Assembly (NCBI GenBank): GCA_965372795.1
Contig: CBDVDR010000003.1
Coordinates: 1-64,000 of the forward strand
DNA from: an uncultured bacterium
GTDB lineage: Bacteria > Zixibacteria > MSB-5A5 > GN15 > FEB-12
Length of the DNA: 64,000 nucleotides
Direction: 5' to 3'
Shown here: one piece after another, positions 8,882 to 17,648 of the stretch
Layout: each line of letters begins with the position of its first letter
Position numbering within the stretch: position 1 is the stretch's first letter
Notes under the pieces: model-generated
Told to the model about the DNA's origin: nothing
The model's input: only the letters and a program-made list of their open reading frames with translations
The model's database searches: none
Program-made: the position numbers and the translations under genes

Positions 8882-10126
8882 ATGAACATCATAGAGAACT
8901 CTCTTAGACGTGTTAATGCTACCATCCATACGATAAAAAACCTAAAAGATTCAGAATTTCCGTATTCTGATTCTAAAGATGCGTTGTTCGAAGTAGAGAA
9001 TATTTTCAAGGAAACTCAACTTGCACTTTCGAATGCCAGTAAATCCAACGACGTGTCTCTTAAAGAGCGCACTTGTGAAGAAGCACTCAAGAGGCTTTTT
9101 ATTTACGTTCCTATATTGGGTTTTATATTGAGATCGACAAATGTACGAAATGCGTTTGAGATACACGGACCCCTATTACGATTATCGAAGAGCCTTCTTG
9201 ATGGTAATGATACTAAACTAATACTGTCCTCTGAATGGGATTACTCACCAATGACTTATCCAGGTGTCCCTCAGATGAATAATTTTATTTTGATAGGATT
9301 TCCTGCCACAGAGTCCTCTAATCCGTTTCTTATTCCTTTGGCTGGACACGAACTTGCACACAACCTTTGGCTTAAAAGGAATATTGAGTCTCAAGTTCGA
9401 TCAATTGTTACTCAATTAATCCAGAATGAGATTCAGAAGAATAGGTGGGAAAAATTTATAGACCTCTATAAAACTGATCCACGCTTAGAAAGTTGGTCAT
9501 GGGGGGACTTGTTCAACAAAGAATTAATTGTTCCTGCTACTGATTGGGCTACGAGTCAAGCTGAAGAGACATTTTGTGATTATGTCGGTTTGAGGATATT
9601 CGGCCCGTCTTTCTTGCATGCGTTTGTGTACTTGTTAGCTCCTGGGGAAAGGTCGCGAAACGTTGCATACCCTACATCAGAAACTAGGATAAAAAATCTT
9701 ATGGATGCCGCCCTTATGTGGAAACTCGAAGTCCCTGATGAATATAGAAATGTCTTCCAGCAGAACGACAAGGGCAGGTTTAATGAGAAGGACACTTTCC
9801 AACTAGATCTTGCTGAATTTGCAGTTGACAACCTTGTAGTTGGTTTGAGAAATGCTGCAGATGAACTTGTGGAAAAAGCAGGGCTACTTTCAATTGACCC
9901 GAAATCTGTTCAGGAGATTCGGAAAAGAATTGATCTGACAGTTCCGGCAGAAAAAGCTGAATCACTCGCCTGTATATTAGAGGCTGGATGGGAGGCTGAT
10001 CGCGATGAGACTCTTTGGAGTGATTTTGATCATTTGGATGTCAATTCAAAATATGATAATTTGAAGGAGATAGTCTTAAAATCTATCGAAGCACTAGAAA
10101 TCCAATCACGGACAAAGGGGCAATAA
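8882..10126 (+). CDS. Soluble gluzincin/M48-like zinc metallopeptidase-fold protein
   Basis: GHELAH (HExxH), downstream EETFCD (ExxxD) and YPTSETR (HP...R-like); no signal peptide or obvious TM segment. Confidence 0.65.
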   Translation: MNIIENSLRRVNATIHTIKNLKDSEFPYSDSKDALFEVENIFKETQLALSNASKSNDVSLKERTCEEALKRLFIYVPILGFILRSTNVRNAFEIHGPLLRLSKSLLDGNDTKLILSSEWDYSPMTYPGVPQMNNFILIGFPATESSNPFLIPLAGHELAHNLWLKRNIESQVRSIVTQLIQNEIQKNRWEKFIDLYKTDPRLESWSWGDLFNKELIVPATDWATSQAEETFCDYVGLRIFGPSFLHAFVYLLAPGERSRNVAYPTSETRIKNLMDAALMWKLEVPDEYRNVFQQNDKGRFNEKDTFQLDLAEFAVDNLVVGLRNAADELVEKAGLLSIDPKSVQEIRKRIDLTVPAEKAESLACILEAGWEADRDETLWSDFDHLDVNSKYDNLKEIVLKSIEALEIQSRTKGQ

Positions 10127-10127
10127 T

Positions 10128-10736
10128 ATGATATTGCGATCCAATGATATTGCTGAATTGCTTAGAAATTGTGAATCATCAGAGGATCCTTTTGTGATAA
10201 CTCCTACACCAGAACCTACAAAACTAGAAGAAGATTGTGATGCATCGGTGGATCTTCGATTAGGTAGTTGGTTTGTCATGTTGAAACAGGCTAAAGTACC
10301 TTGTATGAATATCGACGATGACAATAATGGAGGTGCACTGAGGTACACCAGAACGCATTTTGTCCCCTTCGGAGATGAATTCATTCTTCATCCTCGGTCG
10401 TTTGTATTGGGTACAACTCTTGAATGGATTAGACTACCCAAGAATCTTGCTGCGGTGGTAACCGGCAAATCGTCATGGGGTAGGCGTGGATTGATTATTG
10501 CGACCGCTACGGGTGTTCATCCCGGCTTCAGTGGTTGTCTAACTCTGGAAATAACAAATTTGGGTGAAATCCCTATTAAGATCAGCCCCGGAATGCATAT
10601 TTGTCAATTGTTCGTTCATAAGATGACCGACTCGGTAGGCCATGCCGCTGAGAGTAATTTTGCAGTGAGTCGCAAGCCGAAGTTTGGCTTAATTAAGAAG
10701 GATGAATTTGCTGAACTTCTATCCAATCCCAAGTGA
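10128..10736 (+). CDS. dcd: dCTP deaminase, trimeric dUTPase fold
   Basis: ASVDLRLG, GKSSWGRRGL, PGFSGCLTLE and PGMHICQL motifs. Confidence 0.85.
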   Translation: MILRSNDIAELLRNCESSEDPFVITPTPEPTKLEEDCDASVDLRLGSWFVMLKQAKVPCMNIDDDNNGGALRYTRTHFVPFGDEFILHPRSFVLGTTLEWIRLPKNLAAVVTGKSSWGRRGLIIATATGVHPGFSGCLTLEITNLGEIPIKISPGMHICQLFVHKMTDSVGHAAESNFAVSRKPKFGLIKKDEFAELLSNPK

Positions 10737-11042
10737 ATATTGATTCTCATTGATCCACCATTTATTTCATAAATGCTTTCTTTCATCCCACTACAAAAAC
10801 AAACTACATTTAATAAAAATAATGCTCGATAAATTGCACATTATCGGGTTATTTAAATATCTTAATTTTTAGGGTGGATTAACCAAGTCCTGCCCGGTCA
10901 TCGTAAACCAATTAAGTAAAGAGAATGAAACAACTGACCGAAAATAAAAGAAATAAGCCGATATCTTGAGTATTTGTTCCAAAAAGTAATTATTGGGAAC
11001 GAAAAAACTCTACATACAGAGAAAGGACAAGCTGTTACTCAT

Positions 11043-11519
11043 ATGAATTCATTATTAAATAGTGTCTTTGCCGGAATATTAGTTCTAATCCTAATTGTGT
11101 TATTACCTGTTACTGCGAGTGCAGGGAAGGCGATTGGTCCCAGAGCTGGATACGATTTTGATTCGGATAATTTAGTCATTGGAGTTGAAGCTGAATTAGG
11201 TCGAGCATTTCAGAATTTTAGATTTGCACCAAGTTTGGACTTCGGGCTCGGCGACCACTCGACAACTGTCCTCAATGCGGATTTCAGGTTATACCTGTTC
11301 CATCTTCCGGAAACAGGTTTACATTTCTATGGGTCAGCAGGTCCAACTATTCTGCTTAATTCCAAGAGTAAGGATGGTCAATCAGAAATTGGTTTCAGTC
11401 TTGTGGCTGGTCTGAAGATCCCAATGAAAGGTATGAAAAGATATAACTTGGAAACACGATTTGGATATGGTGATATTCCCAAATTCAAGCTGATGCTCAC
11501 CCTCCTTTTCGGCATATAA
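11043..11519 (+). CDS. Small outer-membrane beta-barrel protein
   Basis: Signal peptide, alternating beta-strand pattern, terminal LLFGI; start moved to MNSLL. Confidence 0.6.
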   Translation: MNSLLNSVFAGILVLILIVLLPVTASAGKAIGPRAGYDFDSDNLVIGVEAELGRAFQNFRFAPSLDFGLGDHSTTVLNADFRLYLFHLPETGLHFYGSAGPTILLNSKSKDGQSEIGFSLVAGLKIPMKGMKRYNLETRFGYGDIPKFKLMLTLLFGI

Positions 11520-11579
11520 ACATCCTGGATTGCGTTGGGAAAGGGTTACCAATAATATCTGAATCTTCTTATTTAAATA

Positions 11580-12725
11580 TTATGTAATTTCTTCGGTCGT
11601 TTCCTTGTAGACAACCCCTCTATCTTTAAGTCCCTTCAAAAGAAACTCCACACACTCCGGATTCTTGCCCATAAATTCCGGCGGGGATATTCCCTTATGA
11701 GCATATAGTCCATCAGCAATCATTCGGATTGTAAGAGTCGCAGTATATCCGGTTGTTCGTGCCATTGAGATCACATCAGTTTCCGGGCAATATTTATCAT
11801 ACATATCAATTGTAAGTTTCATTTTCCGCCCATCTTTTACTCCCTCTATGATCGACTGGAAAATAGTAATATCACCTTCACCCTGTTTTAGTTTCCAGTT
11901 AGGAAACAGAACCTGAGCAGTCATTTCAAGAGGACTGGTCTTTTTGCCTTTGATCGTGATGCTCTCTTTTTTTGAAAAGAATCCTAATTCCCGCAAGACA
12001 GTCATCTTCTCAATGTGACCGGGATACCGTAAGGTCTTCTCTTTCAGATTGGGAGCTTCAATAGTTTTAGCCAAAGTTCTCAAGCCATCGGTATTGAAGG
12101 CTTCCAGAGTGCCGATTTCAGGAAAGAAAATATATTCCGGATCGGATAATGCGGGACGTATAATTTCAAATCCATTCTCGATATAACGGGCAGGACGAAT
12201 ATACTCCTCGATAACATCAATAGGAGAAAATACAGCTTTGTATTCACTGGGCCACTCTCTGATCTGTGGCAGTCCGCCCACATAGGTAAGTACCGACTCA
12301 ACCTTATCAAGTTTTCGTGCAGCATTCATGATCAACACGCTGCCCATACCGGGATAGATACCACAGTCCATGACCATAGTCACATTGTTTTCTTTGGCCA
12401 GTTGATCTAATTCAAAAGGATCTTCCTCATAGAAAGCAATACAGGCACAGTTCTTTCCGGCTTTGATGATCGCTTTTGCTGTTTCAAATCCCATAAAACC
12501 CGGGACAGCATTTATAACAAGGTCATAGTTGCTTACAAGGGCAGTCACATCTGCAGGGTTAGACAAATCTTTCTGGATGAATGTTAATTCATGGCACTTA
12601 GCTTTTAAACGGTTCAATGCTTTATCGCTGTAATCTGCAACAGTCACTTCAAATCTATCATCTTTATATAAATCGATAGCCATTGGGGCACCGACCAGTC
12701 CGGCACCAAATACGATAATTTTAAT
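11580..12725 (-). CDS. Saccharopine dehydrogenase / lysine 6-dehydrogenase family protein
   Basis: DCGIYPG, VGGLP, EAFNTDGLRTL and KTLRYPGH motifs; Rossmann GAGLVG lies upstream of the track ATG, implying a start at ATT 12725. Confidence 0.85.
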   Translation of the reverse strand: MKIIVFGAGLVGAPMAIDLYKDDRFEVTVADYSDKALNRLKAKCHELTFIQKDLSNPADVTALVSNYDLVINAVPGFMGFETAKAIIKAGKNCACIAFYEEDPFELDQLAKENNVTMVMDCGIYPGMGSVLIMNAARKLDKVESVLTYVGGLPQIREWPSEYKAVFSPIDVIEEYIRPARYIENGFEIIRPALSDPEYIFFPEIGTLEAFNTDGLRTLAKTIEAPNLKEKTLRYPGHIEKMTVLRELGFFSKKESITIKGKKTSPLEMTAQVLFPNWKLKQGEGDITIFQSIIEGVKDGRKMKLTIDMYDKYCPETDVISMARTTGYTATLTIRMIADGLYAHKGISPPEFMGKNPECVEFLLKGLKDRGVVYKETTEEIT

Positions 12726-13190
12726 AATATAAACTCCGATTAAATTTTTGTTTTGGGTCGATACTTACACCGGTAACAAATTGGTCTTGAAGCCAAAAAT
12801 ATTCAGGATTCAAATAACCAATTTTAACTGCGAAATGGTGTTGGTGTGATTTAAAAGATATGGAGCAACAATTATAGACCGCTATAACGGTTTATAAATG
12901 CAACAAGCTCGGCATTGTTACTGGCAAACGTCTGAATAATATTATTGATCTGAACCATAGTTTCAATATAACAGACGGTTGAAATTCTCATATAGTTATT
13001 TTAAAATTTATAAGTCGAATATTGGATCAGTTCTAAAACCGTTACAAATAGTATAAGTCACGCTAATTCTTACGATTTATCCCGCCTCCATTATTTCGGA
13101 AACAAAATACGTATAATATTCTCAGTAGTGGTTTAAAAACATTGGCTTTGGCGATTCAAATAATAATTTTTTTAAAGGAGACTTTCCACA

Positions 13191-13619
13191 ATGATGCGAC
13201 TTGAACATGCAAATATTTGTGTCAAAGAATTTGACCAGATGATTAAGTTTCTAACAACTCTGTTTCCTGAATTTCGCATACGGGGAGGGGGAGTCAGTAA
13301 AAAAGGAACCAAATGGGTACACGTCGGAAACGATGACACATACATCGCACTGCAGCAGTCAGACTCAGATAGGGATATGATCTGGAAACCATATTCGGGA
13401 GCCCCCGGAGTTAATCATCTGGCTTTTGAAGTGGATAATGTCGATTTATTAAGAGAGAAATTACTCGCCGCTGGCTATAGCGAATCGACCGTTCCGAATA
13501 AGCATCCCTTTAGGAAACGTGTATATTTTTATGATCCCGAAGGAAACGATTGGGAATTTATACAATATTTTTCAGAAGACCCCAAAGAGAGAAACGATTA
13601 CAAAACTCCTGATTCATAA
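13191..13619 (+). CDS. VOC/glyoxalase family protein
   Basis: LEHANI, NHLAFEV and YFYDPEGNDWEF motifs. Confidence 0.85.
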   Translation: MMRLEHANICVKEFDQMIKFLTTLFPEFRIRGGGVSKKGTKWVHVGNDDTYIALQQSDSDRDMIWKPYSGAPGVNHLAFEVDNVDLLREKLLAAGYSESTVPNKHPFRKRVYFYDPEGNDWEFIQYFSEDPKERNDYKTPDS

Positions 13620-13658
13620 TTTCAAAGTATAAATTCAACCGAATTATTTGGTCAATTA

Positions 13659-14102
13659 TTATAAATCTGTTTTTTCCAAATAATCTTTTAGGGATTTCTT
13701 TATAAAATATTCCCAACCCGCTATGCCGCTCTCTCTTTTGAATTCAGGAATATTATCAGGAAAGCTTTCAAGGACGGTATGGGTGAGTTTCAGTTTTGTA
13801 AAATTGTCCTGTTTGAACAATTCAAACATTACCAACGAATCTCCCTGATAACCATCGTATTTCCAATTATAGGCTATTTTTTTCAGGGGCTCTACTTCTG
13901 TTACTTTCCACCTGTGCGGGAAATCTCTACCCTGACTATTTACATTAAACTGAATTTCAAATCCAACTTCAGCTTTAAACTCCGGGATATTTTCAAAGTA
14001 CCATTGACGCATCAAATCTATTTCAGTAATTGATTTCCAGACAACTTCGATGGATACATTAAATGTTTGTTCCACAATAATTGGTTCATCAATTTTCTTC
14101 AT
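13659..14102 (-). CDS. SRPBCC/AHSA1 domain protein
   Basis: VWKSITE..LMRQWY, KIAYNW, TKLKLTH and GW motifs; start at MKKIDEP. Confidence 0.85.
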   Translation of the reverse strand: MKKIDEPIIVEQTFNVSIEVVWKSITEIDLMRQWYFENIPEFKAEVGFEIQFNVNSQGRDFPHRWKVTEVEPLKKIAYNWKYDGYQGDSLVMFELFKQDNFTKLKLTHTVLESFPDNIPEFKRESGIAGWEYFIKKSLKDYLEKTDL

Positions 14103-14494
14103 AACTACCTCATGAATCAGAGTTATCTCCACTGAACCAAGATAGTCTTACTCCATAAATCCATCAACAATTTTTTAAATGTATAAAATTAAAAATATAA
14201 CATTCCTGCCTATCAAATTTGAATACCAAAATTACGGGATGCTTTTCGTTCTTTTGGATAGGTAAAAGCATTGTCTTCCGATGGCATTTTATTATAAGAG
14301 CAGGATGTATTTTGAGGTTCAGAGCAAATAAAAAACGGGCTAATAAAACTAACAAGGAGGGCGTAAGTCTTTGTGTCACAAGTCAAATATGACACCCAGG
14401 AAAGTTACGATTAATAAGCGATCTTGTAAAAGGCAAAAAATGCGGATTCAATTAATGATATGGGATAATATGGATATTATTCTATATTGTCTAT

Positions 14495-15802
14495 ATGAGC
14501 ATTAAAACAAATTTAGCATCTATATTTATTTATATTTTTCTCGGTTTATCAGTTTCCGCACAAGAAAAACCGGAGTGGCGGTTTTCTATTCTCGCATCGG
14601 TCTCCGACAGCACGGCTGCATTTTATGGAAGCATGGAAATCGTTAAGGAAAAGATCAACGCTCAATTTAAAATAGTTAACAGTCGCTATAACGATCCGGA
14701 TGTTTTTACCGGTCGCTTTAATTTTGTGGTGGATTCTGTTAATGTTTTCAGCGGACTGCCGTCACGACAATATAGTAATCCACTTGTCGGCTTTGATTTT
14801 CAAATTGTTTATGATATGTACCATTCTCCCCGTGCAAGCTGGATTGGACCTCCGATAAATTCGGTTGCATTCCATATTCCTTATTCGGAAGGGTTTCCGG
14901 ATATACTCGCATTAAGATTTGCAAAAATAATTACCCATGAACTGGGCCATGCCCGAGGCGGAGTTGATTTGTATGGGATGGCTATTAGCAGCCTTTACAA
15001 TGAAGTGAATAGTCAGGAGTTTAAACCTGAGGAATCAATTATGAGCAGTGCTTCTGATTCTATCTGGTCTGAGCATACCATTAATATTATAAACTACAAT
15101 TCAGATTATGTTAAGAAGGACTACGATGAAAATGGCGTTAAACGTTTTTTTAACTCACGATTGGGTCTTCGTGTGGTTGGGTCGTTGGGAGAGACGCTTG
15201 AAAATGTTAAAGTTAAATTGTACCCTCATACCTGGTATGATTATATTATCAAAGATAGTCTTTTTGAAAGTGGTACAACCAATGAAGATGGTATTTTTCT
15301 TTTTAAAAATAATCCATACACTATATATGATAATTACGAATATTCAATAAATGACGACTACTATGGCGGTCCGCCTTTCGGATTGACCCACTCATTGATT
15401 CTGGCTAAAATAATTAATGATAGCCAACAATATTATTTCTGGCTGCCGTTCACAATTTACCAAAACAAATATTTTAGTGAAAATTCTGATACTGCTCTTG
15501 TAACATTGACCTTGAATACGGTAACATCAAACAGCAACAGTTATTTTAAACTATTTCAAAATTATCCTAATCCTTTTAATGCCAGTACAGATATTTGTCT
15601 GTCAATGATGCAACCTGCAAAAGTTAAGATAGATATTTATAATTTGTTGGGGCAAAAAGAAACAAACTTGTTCTCCGGTGTTTTGGAAACCGGTATACAT
15701 TGTTATCAATGGAATGGGGCGGTTGCTTCAAGTGGCGTATATTTTGTTGTTCTGTCGGTTGAGGGGGAGAACGATTGCAAAAAGATGATGCTATTAAAAT
15801 AG
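14495..15802 (+). CDS. Secreted zinc metalloprotease-like protein with T9SS/FlgD-like C-terminal sorting domain
   Basis: THELGH, downstream SIMS Met-turn-like segment; LFQNYPNPFNAST...SSGVYF...KKMMLLK tail. Confidence 0.75.
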   Translation: MSIKTNLASIFIYIFLGLSVSAQEKPEWRFSILASVSDSTAAFYGSMEIVKEKINAQFKIVNSRYNDPDVFTGRFNFVVDSVNVFSGLPSRQYSNPLVGFDFQIVYDMYHSPRASWIGPPINSVAFHIPYSEGFPDILALRFAKIITHELGHARGGVDLYGMAISSLYNEVNSQEFKPEESIMSSASDSIWSEHTINIINYNSDYVKKDYDENGVKRFFNSRLGLRVVGSLGETLENVKVKLYPHTWYDYIIKDSLFESGTTNEDGIFLFKNNPYTIYDNYEYSINDDYYGGPPFGLTHSLILAKIINDSQQYYFWLPFTIYQNKYFSENSDTALVTLTLNTVTSNSNSYFKLFQNYPNPFNASTDICLSMMQPAKVKIDIYNLLGQKETNLFSGVLETGIHCYQWNGAVASSGVYFVVLSVEGENDCKKMMLLK

Positions 15803-16043
15803 CAATCAAGATTTATCAGTATCACTCGGAATAGTAAAACTCCTGACATCCTAAATAAATTTATAGAATATCCTAACTTATATTGTAAAATATTTTTGAT
15901 TCAAAATCCCTGATATATTCATTCTATCTTATATCTCTAATTATTTCTACAGCGAACGTATAATTCATAGAGTGTTTTTTTATAGTAAGTATATAAAAAA
16001 TAATACAATAATATTCTTATTGCAATCATATTGGAGTTACAAG

Positions 16044-16340
16044 GTGAAAGTATTCATCTCCAAAATTATATTATTTATTTGTTTAATTAGTATGATGTTT
16101 AGTTGCACTATTATTCAACGAAAATTTGCTCCCAAATTTTTTGAACAGGGTATTCATGCCGGGGCAAGTAAAATGAGTGAACAAACTTGTTTGAGTTGTC
16201 ATCGAGAGGGTCTGAAAGGGGCTCCCAAAGCACCTGAAAAAATGCTCACGCGGGAGAACTGTATCAGGTGCCATTTAAAGAAAGGCAGCGATGTTCCCGA
16301 TTCTTTACAAACAGATAAAAAAAATGAGGGTAATTTGTAA
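16044..16340 (+). CDS. Small diheme cytochrome c lipoprotein (NapB-like spacing)
   Basis: CLSCH and CIRCH; lipobox MFSC; GTG start with GGAG SD. Confidence 0.7.
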   Translation: MKVFISKIILFICLISMMFSCTIIQRKFAPKFFEQGIHAGASKMSEQTCLSCHREGLKGAPKAPEKMLTRENCIRCHLKKGSDVPDSLQTDKKNEGNL

Positions 16341-16482
16341 CTTATAGGATTTCTGGAGAACTATTACTCGTAAAAACAAATTTAACTTCAACTATTCCAG
16401 TTATGAGAATAATTTAAATTTTATAATAGGTCATGCATCATTGATTTCAACAAACAAATAATTAGTAACCATTAGGAGAATT

Positions 16483-17538
16483 TTGATGCCCAAAATTGCA
16501 GCAACAGCAACAGCTGTCCCGGAGTTTAAGGTGGACCAAACTAATGCGTGCGATTTCGCCCGACATCATTTTAAAGGTCGCTTCCGCGATCTCAATCGGT
16601 TGCTGCCAATTTTTACAAACTCAGGTATCAAAACCCGCTACTTCAGCCGTCCGGTTGATTGGATGATACAGCCTCATTCACTTGAAGAAAGAAATAAAAC
16701 ATACATCCAATGCGCAACTGATCTATCAGCCCGAGCAGCTCTTAATCTGATTGAACAAAACGAATTGGCTGCCGGGGACTTTGATTATATTATATATGTT
16801 AACACAACCGGAATTGCCACTCCGTCAATAGATGCTCGACTTATAAATATACTTGAACTTCGTCGTGATATCCATAGAACTCCCGTTTGGGGTCTTGGAT
16901 GTGCCGGTGGTGCGGCGGGACTTTCCCATGCCTACCGGTATCTGTTGGGACATCCCGAAGGAAAAGTTCTGCTGATTGCAACCGAATTGTGCGGATTAAC
17001 TTTTTTAGCTGATGATTATTCCAAGAGCAACCTTGTCGCAACGGCTCTTTTCAGCGAGGGGTCTGCTGCGGTTTTAATGGTCGGTGATAAAGTTAACAGT
17101 AATGGTTTGGAAATTGTTGGCACCAAAAGTACCTTTTATCCTGATTCTCTTGATGTTATGGGATGGAATATAGTTTCAAAAGGATTACAGGTTATTTTTG
17201 CCCAGCGTATACCGGATATAGTGAAAGAACATGCTGCCAAAGATGTTAATGAGTTTCTTATTACGCATGATCTAACATTAAAAGACATTTCGGCTTTTCT
17301 ATTTCATCCCGGTGGAACCAAAGTGCTCAAAGCGTATGAATCTGCTTTGAAATTTTCCAATAATGAACTCGCCTTATCAAGAGAAATTCTTAATGATTAT
17401 GGCAACATATCCTCAGCTACTGTTCTTTTTGTATTAAATCAGTATATGAATAATAATAAAAACGATAACGGTGGCTATGGTTTGATAGCAGCCCTCGGTC
17501 CGGGTTTCTGCTCAGAATCGATATTGATCAAACTATAG
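16483..17538 (+). CDS. Type III polyketide synthase (BpsA/SrsA-like)
   Basis: GLGCAGG (Cys), FHPGG (His), YGNISS (Asn), LGPGF. Confidence 0.9.
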   Translation: MMPKIAATATAVPEFKVDQTNACDFARHHFKGRFRDLNRLLPIFTNSGIKTRYFSRPVDWMIQPHSLEERNKTYIQCATDLSARAALNLIEQNELAAGDFDYIIYVNTTGIATPSIDARLINILELRRDIHRTPVWGLGCAGGAAGLSHAYRYLLGHPEGKVLLIATELCGLTFLADDYSKSNLVATALFSEGSAAVLMVGDKVNSNGLEIVGTKSTFYPDSLDVMGWNIVSKGLQVIFAQRIPDIVKEHAAKDVNEFLITHDLTLKDISAFLFHPGGTKVLKAYESALKFSNNELALSREILNDYGNISSATVLFVLNQYMNNNKNDNGGYGLIAALGPGFCSESILIKL

Positions 17539-17593
17539 CAAACAGGATTTAATTATATGAAAAGAACTTTTCATTTTTAATGCTAATAAATAA

Positions 17594-17624
17594 AAAGCAG
17601 CAACCTTATTAAGATTGCTGCTTT
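17594..17624. terminator. Bidirectional intrinsic terminator
   Basis: aaagcagcaa...ttgctgcttt between convergent genes. Confidence 0.75.
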
Positions 17625-17648
17625 AAACAGTGTATGAATATTTTAAAT

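Noticed and set aside
10128..10736. Known AvcD-type anti-phage dCTP deaminase
   Set aside because: No HAE/PCxxC zinc motif or P-loop domain; the sequence is dUTPase-fold Dcd
14164..14395. Two short intergenic ORFs
   Set aside because: No SD, no motif, overlapping each other in AT-rich DNA; likely spurious
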